A stretch of 63,566 nt of DNA, filler included, from Choristocarpus tenellus KU-1152 (taxonomy: Eukaryota > Protista > Phaeophyceae): NCBI GenBank assembly GCA_964200185.2. It is 15 parts of 15 records of this genome, joined end to end, with 100 filler letters (N's around TTAATTAATTAA, not from the genome) between each part and the next. Parts side by side here need not be neighbours in the genome. Positions count along the whole stretch, not along the records: positions 13,165 to 21,281 come from CAXNAD020005124.1; positions 21,382 to 23,971 come from CAXNAD020026488.1; positions 24,072 to 28,096 come from CAXNAD020016610.1; 12 more parts are not named here. One strand, 5' to 3'. The position numbers were made by a program, and so were the translations under genes. The notes under the pieces are model-generated. The model ran no database searches and was not told the DNA's origin. It was given only the letters and a program-made list of their open reading frames with translations. Below are positions 13,065-26,612 of this stretch, piece by piece. Every line of letters starts with the position of its first letter. The first letter of the stretch is position 1.

Positions 13065-15390
13065 NNNNNNNNNNNNNNNNNNNNNNNNNNNNNNNNNNNN
13101 NNNNNNNNTTAATTAATTAANNNNNNNNNNNNNNNNNNNNNNNNNNNNNNNNNNNNNNNNNNNNCCCCCCTAAAAAACAAACCTAAACTTAATTCATTGG
13201 TAGCACAGGTGACAAGACCTCTAGTAAGGGCATACACAATATATACACACAGTCTATACAAGCAGGCAAGAGCAGCAGAAACGAACAAAAACAAACTTGA
13301 AGTTAAAGTTGAAGTTGAAGTTGGTCCAACAAACAAACCCAAACCACCGCAGCGCAAGCAATACCTTGTCAGCTTACGAGGTTGAAAACGTGGGATGATA
13401 ACAGGTACAGTAGAGCTATTACACCTGGACTTATCCGGGCATCTCTTTTACACTTACTATTCTCATCAGAGTAACTCGAAGTGTACAAGAGGTCGGGGCT
13501 CACAGCACATCTCTGACTGCCAAGGGAATCACAACACGATTCGATCCACTGCCCGAAAAAATCAGAACTGAAGGACAAATTGCATGTATGTATCTATACG
13601 ATATTGCTGGAAACAAGTAGAAAAATATAACCCGGTTGGTTCTATGGCTATTAATACGCACTTTCTGTGGTTTAACAAAAAAAAGAAAAGTTCATGGCGA
13701 TACACAACACCGAGACAGTCTCCGAACACAGAACTTCCTGGACGAAAAGTTTTTTTTTTTTCCCAAAACATAAAATAAAATTGTTTTTTTCTTTTCTTCC
13801 TCTTCTTGAGTAAGGTATGCCAATCGCAGTACTCAGAGATCCACTTGAAATAAAATCTGCTGCGTCATGAAGAGACTGTAATCTCTCTTGGGGCATTGTG
13901 CGATATCAGCACAAAAAAAAAGAAGCTTGCTGAAGTACAACTCGCATTCGAAACCCCCCTAATGTAGTGCAAGATTCAACTTGACACAAAAAAAAGACTC
14001 AATAGCGTGTGAGTGGGTTGGATGACTCTCAACCCCGTGATGGTAAACAACACACGAGTCTGTTATTTCCTTTTCTTGCCTTCCAAGATGAATTCAACGA
14101 TGAAGATGACTTTTTTAAGGGCACGAATGAATTGATTGGGGATCATCTATCACGCTGTTCCGTCCCAATGCACATGTCAAGGTTGGCAACCAATTTTCTG
14201 ATCGGTCAAAACGCTCAAGGCCAGTTATAACGCTAACCCTTCAACAAAAAGAGAATATAAGAAAGCCAACTCTCTACCAAATCCTCAACTCATCAAAATC
14301 TAATCGCTTTTTCATATACTGCTAGTTTCACAGTAATATATTTGTTAGCATGTTTACGTTCTTTTCCCCTTTCTGAACGAAGTGAATTCCCCTCCATGCC
14401 CTGACACCCCTCTCCCATGAACAGGAGCGATGCCAGCTGTTGTTTAAATACCTTGCATTCAAATTCAAATTCAAATCCTCTCACACACACGAGAAAGACG
14501 CACAGGGCAGGTAGTCAGCGCCCTCCCCCCCCCCTCCCCCTGCCCTGTCTCCAACTTCGCTAAAATATTCTAGGATGATAAACTATTTATTCTACCAAGG
14601 CAAAACGGTAGACCCAATACCCCAACCATTATACCGCCTGCGATCTTAATTCACCTGCAGTATACTTTCCAGCATATAAGGTGAAAAAAAAAACTTACGT
14701 CAAGAACATGCCTTACCCACGACCGACCAAGCACTATTTAAAAAAATAAAAAATAACACAGAATAGAAAAAAAGTTCCGTACGAGTGAGTTATCTGTATC
14801 GTGGCAGGCACATACATGATGCTAATGACTTTGTAACAAGAGCAAAATCGGAATAGGGAGGCACACAGAACGGCAGCTGTGGTGCTATTTGAGATGTGAC
14901 ATGAAAGTACTGTGTTACTCCTCGAGAATGCGATCTCGAGTGAACAAAACAAAAAGATAAAAAAAAGTACTTTCTAAAACAGCACGTGGTAATCTGCACA
15001 CAATTATTATTATTTTTTTTAAATCTTTTTTCCTGTCGAGGCGATTGAGATCACGCTCGTGTTCACAGCACAGTTAAAAAAAAAAGATAAATGACGTATT
15101 TCACTACAGCAATGCCATCATCATCACCATCATCATCATCAGAGAGAGAGTAGTGTATGGAAGGCGTGGATTATAAGAAGCACAACAGAAAAAACTTCAC
15201 AGAAAAAATAAAAACACCGAAGCAGGACGACGAAAGCCACAGCACGACCGAGACAATAAATACACCTAACCCTAACCCTACTACTACAATTGCAAAAAAA
15301 AGAAACCCCTCTCTCTCTCTCCACCACGCACGACGAACCTTTTTCCATTATAAAAAAAAAATTCCACACAAAACCTTCCCAAGGCTTCAC

Positions 15391-17529
15391 CTTCCAGTAG
15401 GGAATGAATGAACTCGAACGATGCTCCGCCTCTCTCAGCACGCGGTAGACGGCCTTGATGACCGGCGACTCGTTCGTAACCGACCCGAACTCGTAGTTGA
15501 ACACCGCCTTCCCAATGATGTCCAGCGACAGCGAGCAGAACTTCTCCTCCATGTCCACCACGGTCCCCGTCCCCGCCCCTGCCTTCACCTCCTCCACCAG
15601 CTTCTCCGCGCACTCTGAGAACAGTCGCATCATGCGATCCAGCCAGCGTTTGTGGAAACCGGGAACGATCGCACGCCGGCGAACTTTCCAAGTCTCTGGA
15701 TCCGCTGGGATGAGCCCCTTGCCCATGATTGGCTCCAGTATCTGGATGGAGTGGGGGGGGGCGGGGGCGGGGGCGGGGGGGCGGGGGACGATCGGAAAAT
15801 CTGACAAGACCTCGATCCAGATTGAGTCCAATTCGATCCAGTCTCTTTTGTGGATAGTGTAGCTGGCCACAATTTTTACGTTTACGGTTACACGAAACCA
15901 ATATCTCTGCATGACGCAAAAATATATCCGTTGCCCTGGAATGAGGAATAAAATAGTATCCTCACAAAAGAAAAGAGTCGGTCTGCAGACACACCAATCA
16001 CTGCCACATGTAACGCGGCAGGTACTGAACCAAACCTCCTGCTGCAATGAAGAGACTGCTCATGCGTGTACTGTTTCACAGTGTAAAGGAAAACTTCCAC
16101 CTCATCTGATTGGGTGACCCTGCAGTGTAGCCTATCACGTAGTGTGTGCGTGCGTGTATCTATTTACGTACCCGAGATAGTCTCTGTACGCAAATTTCTT
16201 TATCGTTTTGTACTTTATGCTATGTATGGTTAGGCTGAGCAGCTGTCCAGCACAAACATTGTTCACATGGAATGGGAGTGTTTTTCAATATATAATCACA
16301 AAGATGCAAAAAAAAAGCATGTGCTCCTTAGAAAGGGACTGCCTCCTAAGGTGAAGCGATTCGCAACAAAAAAATCAACCACACATTTTATCTCCAGGAG
16401 AGATACCCTAGATCTAATTACAACGAGAAAGCCTTTTGAGACTCTTCTAATAAAAACTCGAAGGAGGATGACACCTTTTTAATTCTTTCCCCACTATCAC
16501 AACTTTCTCACCGACGCCAGCACACCCTTGTCGTAGTCCCCCACATTCGACTTGAGCACATGCTTTGCCATAACTGGGTCAGACACCACAATAAAAGACC
16601 GTGGCCCGAACGCCAGCTTGTAGACAGGCCCTAATAGGCAGAGGTGTGTATGAACTCAAATATTTTCATGTGGGGGTGGGTAGGGAGGAACATTTCACAT
16701 TGGTAGTTATAGACACAATGCAGGAGTCTTTTTTTGCCCCGGAAGTGAGCGTGGTACAGTTTTTTTAACTACCCGCAATTCGAACCACTGGTACAATAGA
16801 GCCAGCCTTGGATTAGAGGCTCTCTCTGACTGCTTCAAGATCACATTTCTTTCTCCTCTTCCCACCTTCCGCCAGGAAATATTTCTCCAGCATTAGGAAG
16901 AGTGGCCCTCCAGCGAGATCCTCCAACCTACCGTTCGACACTTTCTGGAGAAATGTTAGCCAGTTTCCTTTGTAAGTGTCTATCGTAGCCACAGGGGCGT
17001 TATCAACTGATGGCAGTCCTATAATTTGCCCAACGTTTCTAAAAAGGATATAGGCGAGATCTACGAAGGATGGCTTCTCGCTCTGCTCGACCGGCTGCCA
17101 AAAAGACATGCGGAACGGACTGTAGCCGCGCGATGTCATCCCTCGTCGAGCTTGCTCCAGATACCAATCGAAACCGAATTCATGCCCGTCCCAGTCACCC
17201 CTTTGCTCCCTCGCCAGGTCCTCAAGCACAGCACTTGTGTCGGGAGGACCTTCATCCACCACCACGCGGGAGTCTTCAGGTAGACTTGTGGCATGGGGGG
17301 AGGTCGGGGCTTGTCGTGAAAGAGCGGGTGCAAAACCCCTCCCGTGAGACAGTGGTGGCGTGTGAATACGAAACCCGACACAATACGGCAGCGGCGATAG
17401 CAGCAACGTCCCCGCTGCGGCCGAGACTAGCCAGTTCCGAATCCTCTTCCTCCCCGCTCTCCTCCTGAAGCCAGCGCTGTCCCTCAAGCCAACCCCTTCA
17501 AAGATAGTCGCGGTCCTATTTCGTTGCAT
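15391..17529 (-). CDS. CYP97: Cytochrome P450 CYP97 (heterokont LUT-like carotenoid hydroxylase), 5' part; exons about 17529-16866, 16630-16512, 15741-15391
   Basis: Exons join in phase at GT-AG sites to give [86 protein letters not shown]...[38 protein letters not shown]-terminal hydrophobic stretch ending CVG-F resembles a plastid signal. Start codon uncertain; later exons not found on this contig. Confidence 0.95.
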
Positions 17530-19272
17530 CGCTTGCAAGCGGCACGGGCAACCAACTGCATTCGACCTCATGCACTGAATGCTTTGAGGGGTGGTGCCTC
17601 GCAATTTTTGAGGCAGTTTCCTGCAAGTTTGATCATGGGAGGAAGAGCAAAAGAAGAGTGGAATATGAGTTCTCGACTCGTGTCTCCTTGGTAGTTCACC
17701 AGCTGGAAATATCGAAGGTACTAGAGTAGTAAACATAATCCTATAAACCAAAAAGCTCGTATCAACCTACGTAAAAACACCACTCAACGTCATGACTAGG
17801 CAAACATGGTCATACAGGAGACTGACAGGAAGTGCATGTCAAAGACCCTCACGTGCCAGGCTTCCCCACAGAGCTCGAGGTACCTACAGTTTTCCGTTAG
17901 ATCATTCGGGGTCCATTCTTGGTATAGGATGGAGGGTATCTTAAGCTGAGCAAGACAATTCACACCCTACAGTCACCGCTGAACCATCCCAATCATGAAA
18001 ATCAAAAACTGTTTGCGTGTGACCCAGGAAACGCCTTCCTCGATAACGAACAATCGTTGTTGATTGAGGTTGGGAAGATCTTCTCTTTAAAGATACTACT
18101 TGTAATGGAAAGTGAAGGCTGTAGGTGTTGTAGTTCGAAAGTATCGAAAGTTTTTTCACATCACGATCACTATTTAGATCTCGATTTCTTGTAGGTACAA
18201 CGTTCCCTGCTTCTCAAACTATTTCATCAATAAAAATGGAACACGTTTTGTCCATATACCAATAGTAATATATATGTATTATTGTATCTTCTAACATTTC
18301 TCAGATGCGTGAAGGGAGAAGTAAACTAATATTGTTACTGTTTGTCAATGCACATCTATCTACAAGTTGATAACACATTGTAGTGTTAGGGATTTTACAG
18401 CAACTTAGGGTTAAGGATTACGAGACCCCCCCACAATATCATAATGAAAAGAATAGGAAAAATAATATGGAATAGACCCCAAGGGCCTTCAATTATATAT
18501 TTTTTTCTGTGAGAGTTTGATGTTTTGTTTAGTCAACTACTACTGTACGCAGCACAGCTCGAAAGGTGCTGTGTCGAGACGGAACTAGGGTGATCCCTTC
18601 CAGAAGGTGCGAAGGTGTCTGGTTCAAGGATGGTGAAAAGGGGTGTTGAAAAATTCATGAAGGTGTCGAACAGCTTGTGGTGTCAACAGAAGCTTCCACA
18701 CTCTCTCCCTACACGCTCTCTTTCTCTCTCCCTCTCTCTCCCTCTCCTTGCTCGCAAATACGACTAAGAAGTCAAGCACCCAGACCACTTCCGAGATGGT
18801 ATCGTTACAAACAGACTTTCGATATTAAGGAGGAACTCACGATCATGATCTTGCTTTTTCCATATTATGGTTTGAGTCCGACGGCGGGTCTTTTTCCAGT
18901 GCATCCTCAACACTGTTGTGGTCTATTTCACCCATTTTTCTGTCCCTCGAACCCCTTACTCCCTATTTTAATGACGACTCAGCTCGCTACTGGTTGGAAT
19001 CGATTTCAAAGGAATCCACATATGGGCCTCCTATCAAATCAACCGAATCTCCTGGGGAAATGAGATGATGTTCAAGTGAGTTGCATTATTGACCCTCGGG
19101 AAATCTGTCCTTTCTGCAAGTTAGAAAGAGACTTGAATTTCTCATAAGAGCTGATCCTGCGTCTAGAAGTGTGGCCGCCTGCAAGCTGTCTGGAAAGAGT
19201 TGACGAGGGTACTTTCTCTCCAAAGCTTGGGCTAAGCTGTCGGGGGGAAGGACGTGTTGAGCAAACAGGGAG

Positions 19273-21281
19273 ATGGACAGCAGCCCTGGCCTACATAGGG
19301 ATAATGTGAAAGAACACACACAGGCGCAGCAGCAGGCAGGAGCACCTCCTGCACATGATTATGCCATCCAGAGGGAAGAGGGACATGTTTCACATCAATC
19401 TAAATCTCTGCATGGTGGCGGGAAAGGCGATGCTTCAAAACCACAACATGTAAGTACCAATACAATCGAAAGACGATGGAAGGCTGCCCCGTCGACGTTG
19501 GTGTAATGTTTTGATCACTCTGAGTCGGTAAACGTCTCAGTGCTATTCAATCTTTTGACGGGCCTGGTAGTCATGATCCCGACATCCAAGCTTTTACACT
19601 TTGGAATGTTCTGCTGGTTCGTGCCTACGCGCAATACTTCAAGGGCATGATGTTCCCACACCTCTAGCCCACTTGATTGAATCCTTCTGCTCTTCTAAAA
19701 TTTTACATATTCTTTTGTATCTCCTGCAGACTACTCGTTCAGTTCGGCAACATACAAGCGGAATGGGTCTGTCCAGTTCCTCTGCTGTCCTAAGGACGTT
19801 TTCATTTGACCGCTGGGTGGATCATGAACCTTGTAGGAGCAATATTGCTGGCAACAGTGTTGGTGCGGGAGTTACTGCGTGTGATGGATGGAGTGGGGGT
19901 GCAGGCTTGGGTGAAGGTAGTAGCAGCAGTAATAACAGTGACACAAACCGGCCTGTTCGAGCAAGGCTTGCCCAGGCGCTGACGTTGCATCTATGCACCA
20001 CTTACAAGGCTTGCAGTTCTGACTTTCAGTTCACCCCAAATATCCCAAGACGGGTATTGACCAACCCAAGTGAAGGGTTTGGCAATGGGGGACTGGACAA
20101 TGTTGATGCCAATCTTATTGCAAGGGTAAATGATGTCCTAGAGGCCCCTCGAGAGACATACTCTATCGTAGACTTAATGGGCCAGGGCACCTTTGGGCAG
20201 GTCTTCCGTTGCCAGGAACACAGTTCCAAGAATTTTGTGGCCATCAAGGTGATCAAGAACAAACCTGCCTATCGAAAGCAGGCAATGATGGAGAGGGAGA
20301 TTGCAACATTGGTGAGTGCCCCCCCTCCCCCCAGAGGTGAGGGACAATGCTCATATTGTATGAAAATATTTGTTTTGGGAGACCTAACTGAATTTTCGTT
20401 TTTAGGAATGACTGCTTTCCCCTCTTTCCATCCCCATGATGAATCTTGTATGGATTACAGTTGAACAAGACATATGACCCAAACAATACAAAGAACATTG
20501 TGCGGCTGCTGGACTGCTTCCTCCACAAGAATCATTTATGCCTGGTTTTTGAACTGCTCAGCATCAACCTATTTGAGCTACTGAAGCAACACCAGTTTCG
20601 TGGATTACCGTTACCTGCAATTCGTCAGTTCATCGCACAGATTCTGGAGGTGGGTTGGACTGGGTTGGGGAGGGAGGCAGTCAGGCAGTCACAATAAGGT
20701 TTGGACTCACTAGTGCAATGATTTAGCTGAAGAGTCAAGGCAGCAGGGTGCAGATCAGGAACAGGCTAACTACGTTTGCATAAATTAGTCTGTTATCAGG
20801 ACTGGTTGGTTTGAAAGAGTTGAGGGCGGAGGAAAGAGAACCTCACAGGCTGTAACGTCTTGGGAAGGATCCCTTGCCTGGATAGAGGAGTCAGTGATAG
20901 TGTGTGAGGGAACTGTGGCTGTTGTACCACCTGCATGGCGTTGCTAATCCATGCATAGTTTAGAATCTCTTGGGCCAGAGAACATTTGGCTACGTTATTG
21001 CTGAGGTATGTATCCAGGAATGCTTAACACACAGAGTAACTCAGACCAGACAACCCATTTTCTACCTGTAAATATAATGCATGTGGGAACATTTTCATTT
21101 TTCTGTTACCACCCCATGTCTGATGTGGTGTCGACTCTTGGCATCGACGGGTATGTATTTTGGACCTACAGGCCTTAGAAGCTCTTGGACAGGCCAACGT
21201 GATTCACTGTGACCTAAAGCCTGAGAATGTGCTGATTATGAACAAGGAACCTCCTGGTGGGGGTGGGAGTGGGGGTGTGGG
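19273..21281 (+). CDS. YAK1: YAK1-type (DYRK family) protein kinase, 5' part; exons 19273-19449, 19730-20311, 20461-20649, 21172-contig end
   Basis: Pre-kinase segment PRRVLTNPSEGFGNGGLDNVDANLIARVNDVL, then GQGTFGQV, VAIKVIKNKPAY, HLCLVFELLSINLFELLK and IHCDLKPENVL; all junctions are phase-0 GT-AG. First exon is the least certain. Confidence 0.93.
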
Positions 21282-21511
21282 NNNNNNNNNNNNNNNNNNN
21301 NNNNNNNNNNNNNNNNNNNNNNNNNTTAATTAATTAANNNNNNNNNNNNNNNNNNNNNNNNNNNNNNNNNNNNNNNNNNNNTTTTAACCAAAATGACACC
21401 CATGGTTCCCCCCCCCCCCCCCCCCCGAGATACTTTGGGTCAACAAAAAGAGACAAACATATCATTTGAGTTCGTTCTGGCCAATGAATAGTATGTATGT
21501 TCAACACCTTA

Positions 21512-21770
21512 GAGTGAAGTATCTTAGAGGGTACGAGTTTTGCCCTATTTGTCCGTTTGAGGCTTGTCTTCCCAAGGGTTTCTTATGTCATTTTATCTAA
21601 TCCGAAACGGTTTGGAGTAGGTAAAATGTATACATTATGAAAAGTTATGTCTGGAACATGAATATTGACACTTCTTAACAAACATAATCGCCAAAATTAC
21701 GTCAAAATAGCGACATTGGATTTTGGTCCCCAAACGGACGCGGCTCTACCCTCTTAAGACACTTTGACTC
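21512..21770 (+). mobile_element. MITE family A, full-length copy
   Basis: GAGTGAAGTATCTTAGAGGGTAC ... GACACTTTGACTC. Confidence 0.92.
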
Positions 21771-22419
21771 GTTGAGTGGCTAGTATGTAAGCACCTCTGT
21801 CTTGGCAAGGTCCTCCGTCCCCTCTTCCCTTGACAGTTGTGCCGGAGGAGCTTTCCACTCCTATCATCCTCTGACACCTCTACCATGCCACTCCAGAACA
21901 AACTACGCGGTCAAGGGAAGGTAGGGGACTAGGCAGGAATACGAATCGTACAGTGGAGCTTCAAGAAGACCTTAGAAAAACATCAATCCATGTGGGTATA
22001 GATGGCGAAGGTTGCCTGTGTTGGGTACTATTCTTGGTGAGGATTGGGAGATCAGCCGAGGGACAGTTTTTCCTGCACCCCATCGTGTGCTCTCTGCATG
22101 AGCTCAAAAACTTTTTGTTGACTTAAGCTTGACACCACCAACCAAACTACTGTAGCTCATACTGATGTTGTAAACTCAACTTCTCACCATCAGCAATTGA
22201 CCCGCAGCATCTATTTCATTTCCAATACAAGTTGACCTATAACCGATGAAAAACTACAGAAATTCTTCATTGCCGAGCTGAATCATAATAGCAGCGTCAA
22301 GATTGGTGTCACGTTTTGCGAAGGGGAATTGTGTGAAGCTCATAACCTGTTAAAATCTTGAATTGAATTTATCGTTCTTTCTCAAGTATTGCTCTGTGTA
22401 GAGTCTTAAAAAATCAGCG

Positions 22420-23420
22420 TGAAGGGTTGACGCAGTGCACTGAAGCACCAATCAGTCCAGAGTGATGGATCTTGTGACACATGCTCTGCATAGTTATAGG
22501 TTGAGTATTGAGATTTGTTGTGCGGTTCCTTAGTACATTTAAAGGTCTGTGTAGAGGCTTGTTACCTTGTGAAGTGTTGAAACCTGATTGCGTATGAGTT
22601 GTGCGTTGTTGTAATGTCTGATTTGTGATGAAGAGGATCATAGTGCAACAAAGAAGCACAGATGGATTTGTTCTGTTAGGTCTGATGGCATGTGTTACTC
22701 AATCAGACAATATCCGATGTGAAAGTAGGTTTGGTTGTGCTGTGATTAACACGTTTGGAAACAAATGTGTGTCATAGTGCAACAAGACACCTGTGGGTTT
22801 GATCTGGTATACCTGAAGGGATATTTTACTCAATCAAACTTTGGTAAAAGTGAAATGTGTAATGGTACGTCCATGGCATGTTTTACTCAGAGTAAACCAT
22901 GATTGACAGAGAGTGTTTGGTCATTCATTGAGACGCTCAAATGAAGAAATTCATGCTCTGTGAAGAGGGTTGTCACCTTGGCTGAAAAGGATTTCGAAGA
23001 ATGGGTTAACTCTGTTTATATTGCATCCTAGCGCGTGTCTTGTACGTGTTGCAGAGTGAACAGGATGTCTTACAGGGGGCAATGCCAGTCAAGTAAAAAA
23101 TAAGAATCAACACATGCCATGCAACTGATAACTCGCGTGAGAATGAAGAAGAAACACAGGGAGAAAGAAGAAGTCAAGCTTGAATCCATATCCAAGGTAA
23201 CTACTGTCACACATAGTATGCCTGTATCAGTGATAGTTAGCGACTATTCCTATACTTCCTATATACTGTGATCTTCTGAGTGAGCTGTGATGATAAGCTA
23301 ATGAGCTAATGATGTAAATGGGAATAGCGACCATTGCAATGGACAAATCAACGTTCAGTATGGACTGACGATACTGTATCGCATCAAAGCAAATCGAATG
23401 ATTAGCCTATGTTTTAACAT
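22420..23420 (-). repeat. Dispersed about 1-kb repeat carrying a decayed FNIP/LRR-like repeat frame
   Basis: Reverse complement of 34890-35690; minus strand reads HFYQSLIE*NIP and IGYCLIE*HMPSDL; a shorter piece lies at 32180-32250. Confidence 0.7.
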
Positions 23421-24071
23421 GAAGAAGGTCATGGATGTTCTGAAGCCCAGATATATCTCATCCGGTTGTGTATCAGGTGCACTTAAAGCAGAGTGACTCT
23501 GCAGTGTAAGTGGAGGTGACGTGAATTCACGAAAATTTTAAACACACAATGTTATTTCTTCTTCGATAAATATATAGAAAAAATCAATTTTATTCCGAGT
23601 CAACACCTCTTGTACACATATATAGTTTGTATATTTATATTATTATGCCCTCTGACATTTTTCAGATGTGTCAGGGGAAAACAATGAAATCTATATACAT
23701 ATTATGTGTATATAAAATGTCCTCAACATAAGAATACTATAAGACAATGCGTGGAAACCACTAATCAGTTACTTCAGCACTATCAAATATTGTACATCGT
23801 TGAAGGGTATCTGCTAACCCCAGGAATGTTCTATGTTTTCACACACTACAACGGTAAGTCATGTATACGCATATTGGGCTGAAACCGATATGAATTAGAG
23901 TAATATGAAATCGAAAGCATTCGGCTTCACTGTTTCATATCTTAGGGGTCAAAGTATCTTGGGGGGGGGGGNNNNNNNNNNNNNNNNNNNNNNNNNNNNN
24001 NNNNNNNNNNNNNNNTTAATTAATTAANNNNNNNNNNNNNNNNNNNNNNNNNNNNNNNNNNNNNNNNNNNN

Positions 24072-24913
24072 CCCCTTCAATCTTGCCCCCCTTGCCCCAG
24101 CAACACCAGATCCCAACCGCCCACCAGGTCCTTTCATGCCCCCCCCAAACTCCTCATTATTGATTCCAATACTCTCCTCATTATTGATTCCAATACTCAA
24201 CCCACACACTCCCGACTTACTCTGTCCAGGAGCTCCTCCTGCTCCCCCCCTCCTTGAAGGCGGGGCCGGGGGAACGACCCATCTTGCCCAATGAGAAAGC
24301 CTGGAGTGCCGAATCTCCTCCTCCATCAAATGTAACCACTGTGAAACTGCCATCCATGACTCGGCCCCAGTGGCTGGTGGTTCAGCTCCAGTAGCCCACT
24401 CCAACGGCTCCCTTCGCCCCAGCACACCCATCCCTCTACCACCATAGCCCCAACCAGAAGCAGCAGAGATTGAGTCATGGTCACTGGCGTAATAGAGAAC
24501 TGGCTGATGACTACTTCGGGATACAGAACTGCTGGCATCATCATCGCTGTGAATGAGTTGGGCATCATCATCGCTGTTAATGAGTTGGGCATCATCAGCT
24601 CTGCCCAAAGAGCTGCCGATCTGGCCTGCACCTGCTTCCCTTCCAAGTGAGGATGCTCCTGAATCAGCTGCCGCAGGGTCGGTCTCAAGGGTATCCTTAC
24701 ACACAATTGTATATCGGCAAAGGGAACGAACAGCAGAGGAGGAGGAGGAGAGGAGAGGGAATAGGGCATGGGGGAGGAGGAAACTGAATGATCTGCTACA
24801 TCTCGATAGGCCTGCCACCTCCCAGACATTTCACCTTTCTTACCCCCCTCCCTGAAGGCGTTGATTTAAAAAATACTGTACAATGAAAACATAAAAAAAA
24901 TTAAGGAAAAAAA

Positions 24914-24944
<31 letters not shown>

Positions 24945-25362
24945 ACTATCTTTAGAAATAATGAAAAAGAACCTCACACCTTAATACAATTAGTACTCAC
25001 TTGGTACAATTAGTACATACTTGATACATACAATAGACAAGACAAAACAATCGATAAACAGCAACATACACACACTCTCAAAACTCAACATTTACCCTAA
25101 CCCTAACCCTAACCCTAACCCTAACCTCAACTACACAAACACACACACACACACACACAATTCAGACAACATTGGACAGAAACACCCACCTCGTTTGATA
25201 GAAATGATCCATCTTCCTCCCAAATGGTTCCACCAAGAGATGTCACACAACCCCGTATATCGCCCTCTGAAACCCCCAGATGTAGGGCAGAAGCCCTGAG
25301 GTGATAAGGGGTCACAACAGTGCTTGCCCTGTGCTGACGCCGAACCTACTGACATACATACA

Positions 25363-25397
<35 letters not shown>

Positions 25398-25410
25398 ATA
25401 CATACATACA

Positions 25411-25444
<34 letters not shown>

Positions 25445-25447
25445 AAT

Positions 25448-25479
<32 letters not shown>

Positions 25480-26612
25480 TAAATTACATACATACATACA
25501 TACATAGATTTTTTTTAAATTAATTTAATTAATTAAATGGAGGCAAAGAAGAGAGAGTACAACGGAGAACACAATTTCTTTCATAAAACGTGTGAGAGAA
25601 TAGGATCTGTTTATTATTATTATTATTATTATTATTATGGGTGTGTCGTATTACTAGTGCGTAGGACTATCACTGAATATATTATTATTATTATTATTAT
25701 TTCAATACAATGATCCAGTAGATATTCACTACTGTCAACCATCAAAAAAATAAAATAATAATAATAATATTTACTACTACTTTATACTACTTTATACTCC
25801 GTAGAAAATTATTTTTTAAACATGTTTTCAAAACAAAAAAAATAGAACTTATTTCAATCGCGACCAATAATAATAATAATAATAATAACAACAATAACAA
25901 CAGTAACAATAATAATAATAATAATAACAACAGTAACAATAATAATAATAATAACAGTAACAATAACAATAATAATAACAACAGTAACAATAATAATAAT
26001 AATAATAATAATAACAACAACAAAAATTGGAACGACCATCAAGAAATTTCCTACACTTTAGTTCTCTTTTTCATTTTTCACTCAACACACACCAAGTCCC
26101 CTATACAAACAAAAAATTATTCAAAACCATTACAGCATTACTACCATCCCTGTTTTTTTTAATCATCTCTTCAAAAAAAAAATACCCCAGGAGTACACAC
26201 CTCCTCAGCAGCTGCCCTTACATCCCCTTCAGGCCCCAGCTCCACTGGTAAACCAGCTCTCACTAACACCCTTCCAAGGCACACACGCCCTGACATCACA
26301 TCCCCTACCCACCTGCAAATACACAATGAAATGCACAGTAGCATCCATTGTTAAACATCAGAGTTAAGTAATGCACCACAACTACTCCAAAATATGTATA
26401 CAGAAGAGAGTACAAGAACACATACCCCCCCCCCTCCCTGGCCTGTAAGCCAGGGCAGGGTGAGTGGTTATCCAACAGGGATATGGGGTCTGTTGAGGTT
26501 TCTAGGGTTACTGGATAGCAAGAGAGAGTTAGATGGAAAGATGAGGAAAATTCGAATGATACCATCAAAGATGGGGGTGTCACTGAGGTCAGGGTCAAGG
26601 TCCGCCTGAGTA
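24072..26612 (-). CDS. Multi-exon fragment of an unknown protein; candidate exons about 26612-26426, 26312-26202, 25347-25189, 24695-24072
   Basis: GC-richer open blocks between microsatellite-rich introns with plausible GT/AG sites; no recognisable domain; boundaries approximate. Confidence 0.45.
25095..25126 (+). repeat. Interstitial (CCCTAA)5 telomere-like tract
   Basis: ccctaa repeated five times; shorter tracts at about 15267, 51636, 52440 and 54291. Confidence 0.8.
25352..26025. repeat. Microsatellite cluster: (TACA)n, (TAAA)n, (TTA)n and (TAA/CAA)n
   Basis: Directly visible simple repeats in intronic sequence. Confidence 0.95.

Noticed and set aside
25095-25126. True telomere
   Set aside because: Only five units, internal to an intron.
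25787-26042. Poly-Leu and poly-Ile ORFs
   Set aside because: Translations of a (TAA/CAA)n microsatellite.
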